From NCBI GenBank assembly GCA_041649975.1, contig JBAZMB010000001.1, positions 1-52,253 on the forward strand: a stretch of DNA of 52,253 nt. The letters are read 5' to 3'. The translations under genes and the position numbers were made by a program. This document shows positions 7,354 to 15,905 of this stretch, piece after piece (positions within the stretch are counted from its first letter, which is position 1; the number at the start of each line of letters is the position of its first letter). Source of the DNA: Candidatus Margulisiibacteriota bacterium. GTDB lineage: Bacteria; Margulisbacteria; WOR-1; O2-12-FULL-45-9; XYB2-FULL-48-7. The notes under the pieces were generated by a model that made no database searches, was not told the origin of the DNA, and worked only from the letters and a program-made list of their open reading frames with translations.

Positions 7354-8579
7354 ACCGGTAAAAACAAAGAAAACATCGTCCAGCTTTTCCCCGGTTCACA
7401 ACTGGTCTCGATCGTCACAAAACCCTTATGCCCTTCGACCGCGGTCTTAACGATCGTCAGGCCCATCCCGGATCCGTTGGTCCCTTTTGTCGACTCGCCA
7501 AAATCAAAGACCTTGGGGAGGATCTCGTCCGGGATCCCGCTCCCGTTATCGCGGACATCGAGCCGGACATAGCGACCTTCCGGGATCGAAGCGCGGAAGG
7601 TCTTATTCCCTTCCGCTAAAGTAACATAGCGGGCTGAAATTGCGATCTCGCCCCGCTTGCCTTCAGGGATAGCGTCATAACTGTTGATCAGGAGATTAAG
7701 CAAGGCCAGTTTCATCTTATTCTCGTCAAACCTAGCCTTGGGATTCTCGGGATTGGCGTTGACCATCACCACCAACTGCTTTTGGCCCAAGTCCTTAATA
7801 TGGGTAAACGTATATACCGCCCAATCAATGATCTTCATGATCGGTTGCGGCTCGGTGGGGATTTTGACCGGACGGCTGACATCCAACAACTCCTTGACCA
7901 TCCCCTTCATCCCGCCCGCCCGCTCTTTGACCGATTTGAATCGTTCTTTCGTTTCTACCGGAGTAAGTCGTTCAATATCGGGAGCATCGGCGACCATAAT
8001 AATTCCCGCCAACAGATTGTTGAGATCATGGACCACGCCGCCGATCCGCTCGAAAGCCTGCTGATAGGTCCTTAAACGGGCCATTTCCTTTTGCGCTTCG
8101 GCCCCCAGCATTTCAATTATCCGGGCCCGTTTCCTGGTATGGCCCAGCCCCAGCGCGACAAAGGTCGGCACAAAAAACAAGGTAAAATCTTTGGCTGAAT
8201 GATGCCAATCCTTTTGTTCTTCGGTCATCAAACCATGGGCGGAAAAAGAGAGGGAAAAAGCAAAAGTCAGGGCCATCAGCCGATTATAAAAGTGGGCGGC
8301 GCGGTTGACCGCCAATTTAAAATTGTCAGGCATTTGGGACAATTCGGTCATCGTCCGATTGATCACTTTGATCCGGTGCTCAAGCCCATAGACCCCGGTT
8401 TCCATAGCGCCAGCCGCTCCTGGAATAACGGACATCGCCCGTAACGGATACTTGCTCCATTGCGCCAGTTGGATCTCGATCCGGTTACCCAAACCGAGTT
8501 TCCGGTCCCAATGGTCGAAAGCGCGCGGCTGCCACCAGGGGGATACATACCCATTTGATTTGCGGACTTCAATCTTCAT
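7350..8579 (-). CDS. Sensor histidine kinase (HisKA + HATPase_c)
   Basis: H-box GGVVHDLNNLLAGII, N-box LLNLLINSYDAI, and G-boxes DNGSGIPDEILPKVFDFGESTK and GSGMGLTIVK. The N-terminal ~190 aa is unassigned and has hydrophobic segments. Confidence 0.85.
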   Translation of the reverse strand: MKIEVRKSNGYVSPWWQPRAFDHWDRKLGLGNRIEIQLAQWSKYPLRAMSVIPGAAGAMETGVYGLEHRIKVINRTMTELSQMPDNFKLAVNRAAHFYNRLMALTFAFSLSFSAHGLMTEEQKDWHHSAKDFTLFFVPTFVALGLGHTRKRARIIEMLGAEAQKEMARLRTYQQAFERIGGVVHDLNNLLAGIIMVADAPDIERLTPVETKERFKSVKERAGGMKGMVKELLDVSRPVKIPTEPQPIMKIIDWAVYTFTHIKDLGQKQLVVMVNANPENPKARFDENKMKLALLNLLINSYDAIPEGKRGEIAISARYVTLAEGNKTFRASIPEGRYVRLDVRDNGSGIPDEILPKVFDFGESTKGTNGSGMGLTIVKTAVEGHKGFVTIETSCEPGKSWTMFSLFLPV

Positions 8580-8650
8580 CGCTCTCTCCCTTCGTTATTG
8601 ATCGTTACTATATCGGGAGAGAACGACGCTAATTTCAGGGAAAATCGAGG

Positions 8651-9565
8651 TTAGAAGCGGTAGCCGACTAACGCGGTCAGGCCGGATTGGTCGGCTCCGG
8701 CCACGATCTTGCCCAGGCCAAATTCAAAGAAGAGCTGGCCGTCACCCATTTTGGTCTCGCCGCCGTAAAAGAGTTCCCCGCCCAGCGAACGCTCCCCACC
8801 GGCCGAGGAAATCAAAGGCAGGTTTACCCCGGCTCCAACATAGGACCGCATCCCAACGGTCTCCGGCGGATTAAGATAATAGTAAGCGTCGCCAAAGGCC
8901 GCTAAATGAGTCCCCGAGCCGGAAGCAAACAATCCGCCGACTCGGACGTTAAGTTCGCCGACCGGCAGATCCCATTCCCCCCGAACCGCCGCTAAATTGG
9001 CAAAATACCCGCCGGCAAAAGCGATCTCCCCGGCCCAAGGTTTGGTCGGCTTAGGAGGCTTAACAATCTTCACCGGTTTGGGGCTATGTTTCAGGACCGT
9101 TGGCAGTTCACCCAGCGGGTCATAAGCGATCGGTTCATAGGTTTCACTCGGCGCAGGCGTTGGAGCTGGTTTCGGCAGTTCCACGACCTGGGCGATCACG
9201 ATCGGTTCTGGTGTCGGCGTTGAAACCACGACTTCAGGGGTCGCGGTCGCTTCAGCGGTCAGTAAAGCAACGACCGGAGCGTCCGTTTTCGGCAAGGCGT
9301 AGAGGACTTCCAACTCGGCATTGATCCGTTCGATCTCTTGCTTGCGTTCAGCCGCGGTATAGGTCTCTTTAACGCCTAAACTGTTTTCCAGGTTGTAGAG
9401 GCGCGATTTTAAGACCTTGATCATCTCCCGGCGTCCTTCCGGGGTCAGGTTCTGGACCTGTTTTTTCAGCCGCTCCAGCTGGGCTTGTTGCCTTGGAGTA
9501 AGTTCAGCCAAGACCGGAACGGCCAGCAAGCCAACAATTAAAGTCAAAGTAACGATATTTTTCAC
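8651..9565 (-). CDS. Hypothetical envelope protein: signal peptide, coiled coil, Pro-rich linker, small C-terminal beta-barrel-like domain
   Basis: The ORF is open to 9643, but a GTG at 9565 gives (M)KNIVTLTLIVGLLAVPVLA. That GTG sits 6 nt after a TTGACA-17-TATGCT promoter. The heptad-like region is QQAQLERLKKQVQNL...EIERINAELEVL, and the linker is PKPAPTPAPS...KPPKPTKP. The C-terminus ends in LTALVGYRF (terminal Phe, as in OM barrels). Confidence 0.6.
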   Translation of the reverse strand: MKNIVTLTLIVGLLAVPVLAELTPRQQAQLERLKKQVQNLTPEGRREMIKVLKSRLYNLENSLGVKETYTAAERKQEIERINAELEVLYALPKTDAPVVALLTAEATATPEVVVSTPTPEPIVIAQVVELPKPAPTPAPSETYEPIAYDPLGELPTVLKHSPKPVKIVKPPKPTKPWAGEIAFAGGYFANLAAVRGEWDLPVGELNVRVGGLFASGSGTHLAAFGDAYYYLNPPETVGMRSYVGAGVNLPLISSAGGERSLGGELFYGGETKMGDGQLFFEFGLGKIVAGADQSGLTALVGYRF

Positions 9566-9571
9566 ACAGTG

Positions 9572-9600
9572 AGCATAATCGTTATCGCTCACCCTGTCAA
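9572..9600 (-). promoter_or_regulatory. Promoter TTGACA - 17 nt - TATGCT, with the -10 ending 6 nt before the GTG at 9565
   Basis: The reverse complement of 9566-9600 reads TTGACAGGGTGAGCGATAACGATTATGCTCACTGT, followed by GTG. Confidence 0.55.
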
Positions 9601-9605
9601 TATAG

Positions 9606-9611
9606 TATAAT
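9606..9611 (+). promoter_or_regulatory. -10 box TATAAT, 6 nt upstream of the rarA ATG at 9618
   Basis: TATAAT tcagtc ATG. There is no SD and no convincing -35. Confidence 0.4.
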
Positions 9612-9617
9612 TCAGTC

Positions 9618-10946
9618 ATGGACCTCTTTGACGCTAATCTCAAGAGCTACAAGGAAAAGAACGCTCCGCTTCCCCACCGGATGGCTCCCCGCGGCCTCGA
9701 TGAGATCGTGGGCCAGGACCCAATCCTGGGGAAAGGCAAGCTCCTGCGCCGCCTGATCGAAACCGACAAGGTCTCATCGGTCATCCTTTACGGACCGCCC
9801 GGAACGGGAAAAACCGCCATCGCCCGGGTAATTGCCAATTCGACCAAGGGACATTTTGAATGGCTCAACGCCACGGTCGCCAAGGTCGAGGATATTCGGC
9901 GGGTCAGCCTGGAATCGAAGGAGCGGATCAAGCATTACGGGACCAAGACGATCCTCTTCCTGGACGAAATCCACCGTTTTAATAAGCTCCAGCAAGACGC
10001 CCTCCTCCCCGACGTCGAGGAAGGGAATTTGATCCTGATCGGGGCAACGACGGAAAACCCTTTCTTCTACGTTAATTCCGCCCTGGTCTCCCGTTCGAAT
10101 ATTTTCGAGTTAAAGCCCCTGACCGCCGAGCAACTGAAAGAAGTCCTCAAATTTGCCCTGACCGATACCGAACGCGGCCTGGGGAAATTAAAGATCAACT
10201 TGGACCCGGCAGCGCTCGACCACCTGGCCAAACTTTCCGACGGCGACGCCCGGCGCGCCCTGACCGCCCTGGAACTCGGCATTCTCTCCACTCCGCCAGG
10301 CAAAGACGGCCGGATCCACTTTACGCTCGCGGTCGCCGAAGAATCGATCCAGAAAAAAGCGGTCGTCTACGATAAAAAAGGGGACCAGCATTACGACACT
10401 ATTTCCGCTTTCATTAAATCGATGCGCGGCAGCGACCCCGACGCCGCCCTCTACTACATGGCCAAGATGATCTATGCCGGCGAAGACCCCCGTTTCATCG
10501 CCAGGCGGATCGTCATCTGCGCGGCGGAAGACGTCGGCAACGCCGATCCCTTAGCGCTTGTCGTCGCCAATTCCGCCATGCAGGTCGCCGAGTTCGTCGG
10601 GATGCCGGAAGCCCGCATCCCCCTCGCCCAGGCGGCGGTCTATGTCGCGACCGCCCCCAAGAGCAACGCTTCGTACCTCGGGATCGACGCCGCGTTAAAA
10701 GACGTGGAAGAAAACCCGACCCTGGAAGTCCCGCTCCACCTGAAGAACGCGACCTATGAAGGGGAAAAGAAACTGGGTAAAGGCCAGGGCTATAAATACG
10801 CCCATAGCTTCGAAGGGGGCGTGGTCAAACAAGCCCATTTGGCCGAAAAGAAAAAATACTACGAACCAAAAGAGATCGGCTTCGAGAAAAAGATCAAAGT
10901 CCGGATGGACGAACTGGCCAAGAAATTCGCCGGAGAAGAAAAATGA
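9618..10946 (+). CDS. rarA: Replication-associated recombination protein A (AAA+ ATPase RarA/MgsA)
   Basis: 442 aa. Walker A GPPGTGKT and Walker [12 protein letters not shown], plus the conserved C-terminal MgsA region ([41 protein letters not shown]). Confidence 0.93.
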   Translation: MDLFDANLKSYKEKNAPLPHRMAPRGLDEIVGQDPILGKGKLLRRLIETDKVSSVILYGPPGTGKTAIARVIANSTKGHFEWLNATVAKVEDIRRVSLESKERIKHYGTKTILFLDEIHRFNKLQQDALLPDVEEGNLILIGATTENPFFYVNSALVSRSNIFELKPLTAEQLKEVLKFALTDTERGLGKLKINLDPAALDHLAKLSDGDARRALTALELGILSTPPGKDGRIHFTLAVAEESIQKKAVVYDKKGDQHYDTISAFIKSMRGSDPDAALYYMAKMIYAGEDPRFIARRIVICAAEDVGNADPLALVVANSAMQVAEFVGMPEARIPLAQAAVYVATAPKSNASYLGIDAALKDVEENPTLEVPLHLKNATYEGEKKLGKGQGYKYAHSFEGGVVKQAHLAEKKKYYEPKEIGFEKKIKVRMDELAKKFAGEEK

Positions 10947-11785
10947 GACTCCTTGGCGCCCACATGTCGATCGCCGGCGGAGTTGATAAGGCGATCGAAC
11001 GCGGTCTCTCTATCGGCTGCACCGCGATCCAGATCTTCGTGAAAAACAACAACCAGTGGGCCGGAAAACCGTTCGCGCCCGGCGAAGTCGAACGTTTCAA
11101 ATCCGCCCATGATCAAAGTGGGATCTTCGTCTTCGCTCATGCCGGATATTTAATAAACCTTGCCGCCCCACCCTCTGAAAACCTCGAGAAATCAAAGCGT
11201 TCAATGCTGGAGGAATTGGAACGGTGCGAAGGGCTCAAGCTCCCCTTTATTGTCCTCCACCCCGGCTCCCACCTGGGGAAAGGCGAAGACCAAGGCGTAG
11301 GCTTGGTAATTAAACATCTTAATGAATTGATCGAACAAACCAAGGGCTTTAAAGTGAAGATCGCGTTGGAAACAACCGCCGGCCAGGGCTCAAACCTTGG
11401 GTATAAGTTTTCCCATCTAGCGGAGATCATCGCCGGAGTAAAAGCACCGGAGCGGCTTGGGGTTTGTTTTGACACCTGCCATTCTTTCGCCGCAGGGTAT
11501 GAATTAAAGACTAAAGATGGTTATCAGGCGACCTGGGAAGAATTTGAACGAACGATCGGTTGCGACAAGCTCCTGGCCTTTCATTTGAACGATTCCAAAA
11601 CCGGTCTCGGTACCAAAAAAGACCGCCACGAACAGATCGGCCAGGGAGAACTGGGACTGGAACCGTTTCGCTTATTAATGAACGACAAACGATTTGAAAA
11701 ACTGCCCATGGTCCTGGAAACGCCCAAAGGACCGGAAATGAAGGAAGACGTCGAGAATCTGAAGGTTTTGCAAAGCCTGATTTAA
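10943..11785 (+). CDS. nfo: Deoxyribonuclease IV (endonuclease IV)
   Basis: 280 aa with [22 protein letters not shown] and CFDTCHSFAAGY, the motifs of the Nfo TIM-barrel family. It overlaps rarA by 4 nt (ATGA). Confidence 0.92.
   Translation: MRLLGAHMSIAGGVDKAIERGLSIGCTAIQIFVKNNNQWAGKPFAPGEVERFKSAHDQSGIFVFAHAGYLINLAAPPSENLEKSKRSMLEELERCEGLKLPFIVLHPGSHLGKGEDQGVGLVIKHLNELIEQTKGFKVKIALETTAGQGSNLGYKFSHLAEIIAGVKAPERLGVCFDTCHSFAAGYELKTKDGYQATWEEFERTIGCDKLLAFHLNDSKTGLGTKKDRHEQIGQGELGLEPFRLLMNDKRFEKLPMVLETPKGPEMKEDVENLKVLQSLI
11703..11779 (+). repeat. Direct repeat copy 1: the functional 3' end of nfo
   Basis: This 77-nt stretch recurs at 12597-12673 with 4 mismatches (my manual alignment). Confidence 0.85.
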
Positions 11786-11809
11786 TCGCTATTTGCGCTC
11801 CGCAATGAT

Positions 11810-12574
11810 CTAGTCAGAGGTCGGCATTTGCCGGACAGCCCGCCTTACTTCTCCATATTCCTCACCAAGCTGGGCAAAGGAATTTTCCAGGCCCGATTTA
11901 GTCGATGGATGAACGAAATAGAGCGGCAGTTTATTGATCAATAGTTTCGGGTCGGTCTTGACTATAAAGTGACGAAAAACTTCTTCCAGCTGCCGCGATC
12001 TTTCCGATAAAGCAACAATCAAGTCAATAATGGCTATCGCGAAAACCCCCAGGCTGATCACTTTTCCGGAAAGTCCATGCTGGTTATATTCATGCAGAGC
12101 GTCCACGGCCGTCATTGCTGAACTGATCATGGCGACTAATAAACAAACTTTTAGCAATGAACGATTAGACAGCTGACGGTCATATTGCCCGACCGCCAGA
12201 TTCAGCAGTTCAGAGTTTTTATTAACTTCCCATTCTTCGACGCGAAACGTCCTGCTGACCGCGGTTAGATCAGACAATCCATTGGTCCCAAGGTCCGGCT
12301 TTTCTCCCCTGGCCCGATCATAAGCCAGCTTAATATCACGCCGGATACCGCCATAATCATAAAGAGGATTAACCACGCTTAATGGTAAACCGATAACGGC
12401 GGCAGCAGAATCATAGGCATCTCGCGCCAAACTAGTTGGTTCTCGATAAGCCTTTGCTCCAAGCTTGAACAGCGCTTGTTTCAAAGGACCGTACGTAGCC
12501 GGCGGTTTGACTGTTATGCGGTTGAGATTGACCATCGCTACCCTATTATCGGAAATATCAGCCAAGAATTTCAT
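11810..12574 (-). CDS. Hypothetical protein with two predicted TM helices
   Basis: 254 aa. The hydrophobic segments are LLKVCLLVAMISSAMTAV and VISLGVFAIAIIDLIVAL. I recognise no family. It is AT-richer than the flanks and is bracketed by the nfo-tail repeats. Confidence 0.55.
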   Translation of the reverse strand: MKFLADISDNRVAMVNLNRITVKPPATYGPLKQALFKLGAKAYREPTSLARDAYDSAAAVIGLPLSVVNPLYDYGGIRRDIKLAYDRARGEKPDLGTNGLSDLTAVSRTFRVEEWEVNKNSELLNLAVGQYDRQLSNRSLLKVCLLVAMISSAMTAVDALHEYNQHGLSGKVISLGVFAIAIIDLIVALSERSRQLEEVFRHFIVKTDPKLLINKLPLYFVHPSTKSGLENSFAQLGEEYGEVRRAVRQMPTSD

Positions 12575-12596
12575 GCCTACCTAAAACGTCTGGATT

Positions 12597-12686
12597 CTGC
12601 CCATGGTCCTGGAAACGCCCAAAGGACCGGAAATGAAGGAAGACATCGAGAATCTGAAGGTTTTACAGAGTCTTTTCACCGTTTAA
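12597..12686 (+). pseudogene. Orphan duplicate of the nfo 3' end (last ~29 codons)
   Basis: In the nfo frame it reads LPMVLETPKGPEMKEDIENLKVLQSLFTV-stop, versus LPMVLETPKGPEMKEDVENLKVLQSLI-stop in the real gene. It has no upstream coding continuity and is overlapped on the other strand by the end of the 12663..13919 gene. Confidence 0.8.
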
Positions 12687-13919
12687 GGCAAAAAACATCG
12701 GCTCTTCTTGCCTCAACCAGTTCAAATAATTATTACGGTTCTCAATAAATTGACGCCATAATACCTCACGGTATCCCGTCCACTTTTCATGGGGGAGCAG
12801 CCAGTTGATCGCCGCTAACACCCTTTCATCTTCTTGCATCGCCTGGTGCAACGACAAAACTTTTTCCTTGTTCTTGTTTTCCGCCAAATAAGCCGGAAAG
12901 AATTTTTTTATCAGGGCCGGCTTCGCTTGGGTCTTGTTGTTTACGACAAATACCAGGCTGACCGCCGCCACGGCCCGGGGATCAGGAACTTGGTAGGCGT
13001 CAAAATCAAAGATCTTGTCATAGTCCTTCAAGCGATCGTCAATTTTTTCCCGCCGTTTTTCCGCCGATTCCCAATGACCGGACCAAAGCTCGCAAAAGAC
13101 TTTTCTGATCATTAAATACGCGAACCCTGATTTCAAATCACTACCCGCCGCCAACAAACAGACCGTCGCCGCCAGATCACCGACTAAAGGGCGGAACCAA
13201 TCGTAATAAACAACTTTGCCGTTAAAGCCCCGATATTTTCTGGTAATTGAATTGATAAAGCCATCCAATGTAGTGATCAAAAAAGGAGTGACCAGCCATT
13301 CGATCTTTGCCCCGCCATAATATACATGGAGCATATCTTTAAAAGTAGCCAGGAACATATAAGCGCCGGAGGTCACTAAAAGCGAGTCGGCTAATTTATC
13401 CCACTTGATATGGTCGGCATTTTTCCACCAGGCAGTGACATCCCGTCCGTGTTTCGCGACCAGATCGGCCGCGACGTTCCTGGCGGCATTTAAAGACAAA
13501 TAAGCAAAAGCATGATAAAAATCAGTCGGCACGCCGAGTACAATATTCAGGTGCGGCAAATTGACCTGCCCCAGCATCGCCCAAAAACTTAAACCAAGCT
13601 TGATGGACAAGCCGCCCCAGGTCAGCGTTTGCTGCTCCTCAACCGGAACTCGCGGCGCTGGTTCGACGCCGTTTGTCCGCGAGGCTGAGAACACTTCACC
13701 GATCGCCGAATAAATCGCCCCTTTATAAGGAATGATCTTCCCCCAATCGATCGCGTTTGGCCCGGAAGAGAGCAAACCAAGCTCTTCAATCAGGATCTTG
13801 GCGGAAGTAACGCTTGGCGGCTGAAAATGCTCAACCGGGACAAATCTGGCGCGTTGACGGCGAACCGGTATCTTTAAAAAACCGGGTTCTTTCGGAGGGA
13901 TTGAAGCAACCTTAACCAT
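12663..13919 (-). CDS. Hypothetical protein (418 aa from the first ATG)
   Basis: The ORF-track start at 13940 is a TTG. The first ATG (13919) lies 6 nt after a TATACT box. I recognise no family. Internal hydrophobic stretches include LSIKLGLSFWAMLGQV and LAATVCLLAAG. Composition is AT-richer. Confidence 0.55.
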   Translation of the reverse strand: MVKVASIPPKEPGFLKIPVRRQRARFVPVEHFQPPSVTSAKILIEELGLLSSGPNAIDWGKIIPYKGAIYSAIGEVFSASRTNGVEPAPRVPVEEQQTLTWGGLSIKLGLSFWAMLGQVNLPHLNIVLGVPTDFYHAFAYLSLNAARNVAADLVAKHGRDVTAWWKNADHIKWDKLADSLLVTSGAYMFLATFKDMLHVYYGGAKIEWLVTPFLITTLDGFINSITRKYRGFNGKVVYYDWFRPLVGDLAATVCLLAAGSDLKSGFAYLMIRKVFCELWSGHWESAEKRREKIDDRLKDYDKIFDFDAYQVPDPRAVAAVSLVFVVNNKTQAKPALIKKFFPAYLAENKNKEKVLSLHQAMQEDERVLAAINWLLPHEKWTGYREVLWRQFIENRNNYLNWLRQEEPMFFALNGEKTL

Positions 13920-14018
13920 GATTAAAGTATAACCAAACAACGTTACCCGCTAATAACATCCCGGTTAAATCATTGTTACAAGCAACAGCTCTTCCTTGAT
14001 TGACATAGCTTTCACCGA

Positions 14019-14047
14019 TTGTTTACCACCCCGGACTAAGCTATAAT
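14019..14047 (+). promoter_or_regulatory. Promoter TTGTTT - 17 nt - TATAAT, with the -10 ending 8 nt before the larB ATG
   Basis: Read directly. No SD precedes 14056. Confidence 0.4.
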
Positions 14048-14055
14048 TCAGCACA

Positions 14056-14754
14056 ATGAGCCCAATAAATAATGATTTGTCCCCCCGAAAAAAAGGCTAC
14101 GAAGAGCTCGGTTTTGCCAAAGTCGACCACCATCGGATCGACCGGAAAGGCTTCCCCGAAGTGATCTACTGCCCGGGAAAAACACCGGATCAGATCGCTC
14201 AAATAGCGGCCAAGATCGCCAACCAAGGCCATGACGTTCTGGCAACCAGAGCAGACAAAAAAGCGTTCACCGCTGTCAAGAAGATTTTAAAAAAAGCTGT
14301 CTATCATGAAACAGCTAGAATTATTACCGTTAATTGTAAGTTGGCAGTTACTCGGAAGTTAAAAATAGCCATCGTCACCGCCGGGACCGCCGACCTCCCA
14401 GTCGCGGAAGAAGCGGCCGTTACCGCTGAATTTCTAGGCCTTAAGGTCGTCCGGCTCTACGATGTCGGGGTCGCCGGGATCCACCGTTTAATGAAGAACT
14501 TGCCAAAGATCAACAACTGCCGGGTAGTGATCGTCGTCGCCGGGATGGAAGGGGCGCTCGCTTCGGTCGTCGGCGGGCTGATCGACAAGCCGATCATAGC
14601 CGTCCCCACTTCGATCGGCTATGGCGCCAGCTTCAAAGGGCTCTCCGCCCTGCTAACCATGCTCAACAGCTGCTCCCCCGGGGTCAGCGTCGTCAACATC
14701 GATAATGGTTTCGGCGCCGCGGTCTGCGCTCATTACATCGCGGAGCCGGCCTGA
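14056..14754 (+). CDS. larB: Nickel-pincer cofactor biosynthesis protein LarB (PurE-like NaAD carboxylase/hydrolase)
   Basis: 232 aa. [17 protein letters not shown] and [34 protein letters not shown] match the LarB/PurE-fold pattern. Confidence 0.85.
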   Translation: MSPINNDLSPRKKGYEELGFAKVDHHRIDRKGFPEVIYCPGKTPDQIAQIAAKIANQGHDVLATRADKKAFTAVKKILKKAVYHETARIITVNCKLAVTRKLKIAIVTAGTADLPVAEEAAVTAEFLGLKVVRLYDVGVAGIHRLMKNLPKINNCRVVIVVAGMEGALASVVGGLIDKPIIAVPTSIGYGASFKGLSALLTMLNSCSPGVSVVNIDNGFGAAVCAHYIAEPA

Positions 14755-15905
14755 TGCGTCTCGCCTATTTTGATTGTTCCTCCGGCCTCGCCGGCAATAT
14801 GGTCCTGGGAGCGTTGCTTGACGCCGGACTGGACAAAAACCAGCTAATTAACCAACTTGGGAACCTGCGCTTCGCGGCTTCCAAGTTGCAGATCAAAAAA
14901 ACCAAAAAACATGCCATCAAAGGAACTTATTTCGAAGTCATGAGCGTTGAACAACCCCACCGCGGTCTTACCGACATCCTAAGGCTCATCAACAAAAGTA
15001 AATTATCGAAAACGGTCAAAACTCTTAGCGCCAAGATCTTCCGCCGTTTAGCCGAGGCGGAGGCGAAGGTCCATGGCCTGCCGATCAATAAAGTCCACTT
15101 CCACGAGGTCGGCGCGGTCGACGCGATCATCGACATCGTCGGCACGGCGATCGCCATCGAAAAGCTGGGGATCGAAGCGATCTACGCTTCGCCGATCCCG
15201 CATGGCCAAGGCTTCATTAAGCACGCGCACGGGATCTTGCCGAACCCGGCCCCCGCGACCGCGGAACTGCTTAAAGGGATCCCTACTTACGGCATAGACG
15301 TTAAAGGCGAGATAGTGACCCCGACCGGCGCGGCGATTATCAGCACTTTGGCTAGTAGCTTCGGCCCGTCTCCCAAAATGGCAGTCGAGCAAATTGGCAA
15401 CGGCGCCGGGGGGAAACCCTTCCCCACGCTGGGAATGCTTCGGGTTTTTATCGGGGAAGCAAAACTGCCGACCGAAAACGAGACGATCCTCCAGTTGGAA
15501 ACAAATATCGATGACATGGAAGTTGAAACTTTAAACAAAGCGATCGCCGCGCTAATGAAAGCGGGCGCGCTCGATGCTTTTATCGAACCGATCCTGATGA
15601 AAAAAGAGCGGGCCGCTAACAAACTGACCGTTCTTTGCCGACTGGAAGATAAAGACCAGCTGTTAGAAATGGTTTATAAATTGACCACCACCCTTGGGGT
15701 CAGGGTTTTTCTGGCCAGCCGGGAAGTTCTGCGACGGAAATTTGTTAAGGTTAAAACGAAGCATGGAAAAGTAAAATTAAAATTAGGCTTATTAGCCGGC
15801 CAGGTCCTGACCGCCGCGCCGGAATACGAGGATTTAAAGAAATTGGCCAAGAAACACCGGGTGCCGATCTCAATGATTAATTCGTCTGTATTTGGCGCAA
15901 GATAG
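14754..15905 (+). CDS. larC: Nickel insertion protein LarC (DUF111 family)
   Basis: 383 aa. It starts [25 protein letters not shown] and contains HFHEVGAVDAIIDIVG, both characteristic of LarC. Its start overlaps the larB stop. Confidence 0.85.
   Translation: MRLAYFDCSSGLAGNMVLGALLDAGLDKNQLINQLGNLRFAASKLQIKKTKKHAIKGTYFEVMSVEQPHRGLTDILRLINKSKLSKTVKTLSAKIFRRLAEAEAKVHGLPINKVHFHEVGAVDAIIDIVGTAIAIEKLGIEAIYASPIPHGQGFIKHAHGILPNPAPATAELLKGIPTYGIDVKGEIVTPTGAAIISTLASSFGPSPKMAVEQIGNGAGGKPFPTLGMLRVFIGEAKLPTENETILQLETNIDDMEVETLNKAIAALMKAGALDAFIEPILMKKERAANKLTVLCRLEDKDQLLEMVYKLTTTLGVRVFLASREVLRRKFVKVKTKHGKVKLKLGLLAGQVLTAAPEYEDLKKLAKKHRVPISMINSSVFGAR

Noticed and set aside
11780-12596. The repeat-bracketed segment as a self-mobile element (IS, MITE or integrative element)
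   Set aside because: It has no integrase, transposase or terminal inverted repeats. The repeats are gene-tail duplicates with synonymous divergence, which is better explained by recombination with a foreign allele. The observation is reported as a finding, but I do not call it a mobile element.
12663-13919. The 418-aa protein as the missing LarA (similar length, adjacent to larB)
   Set aside because: It lacks the LarA signature motifs I recall (SDHTRP and ESHFFAGFSGGRK, with the catalytic His residues). No similarity is evident.
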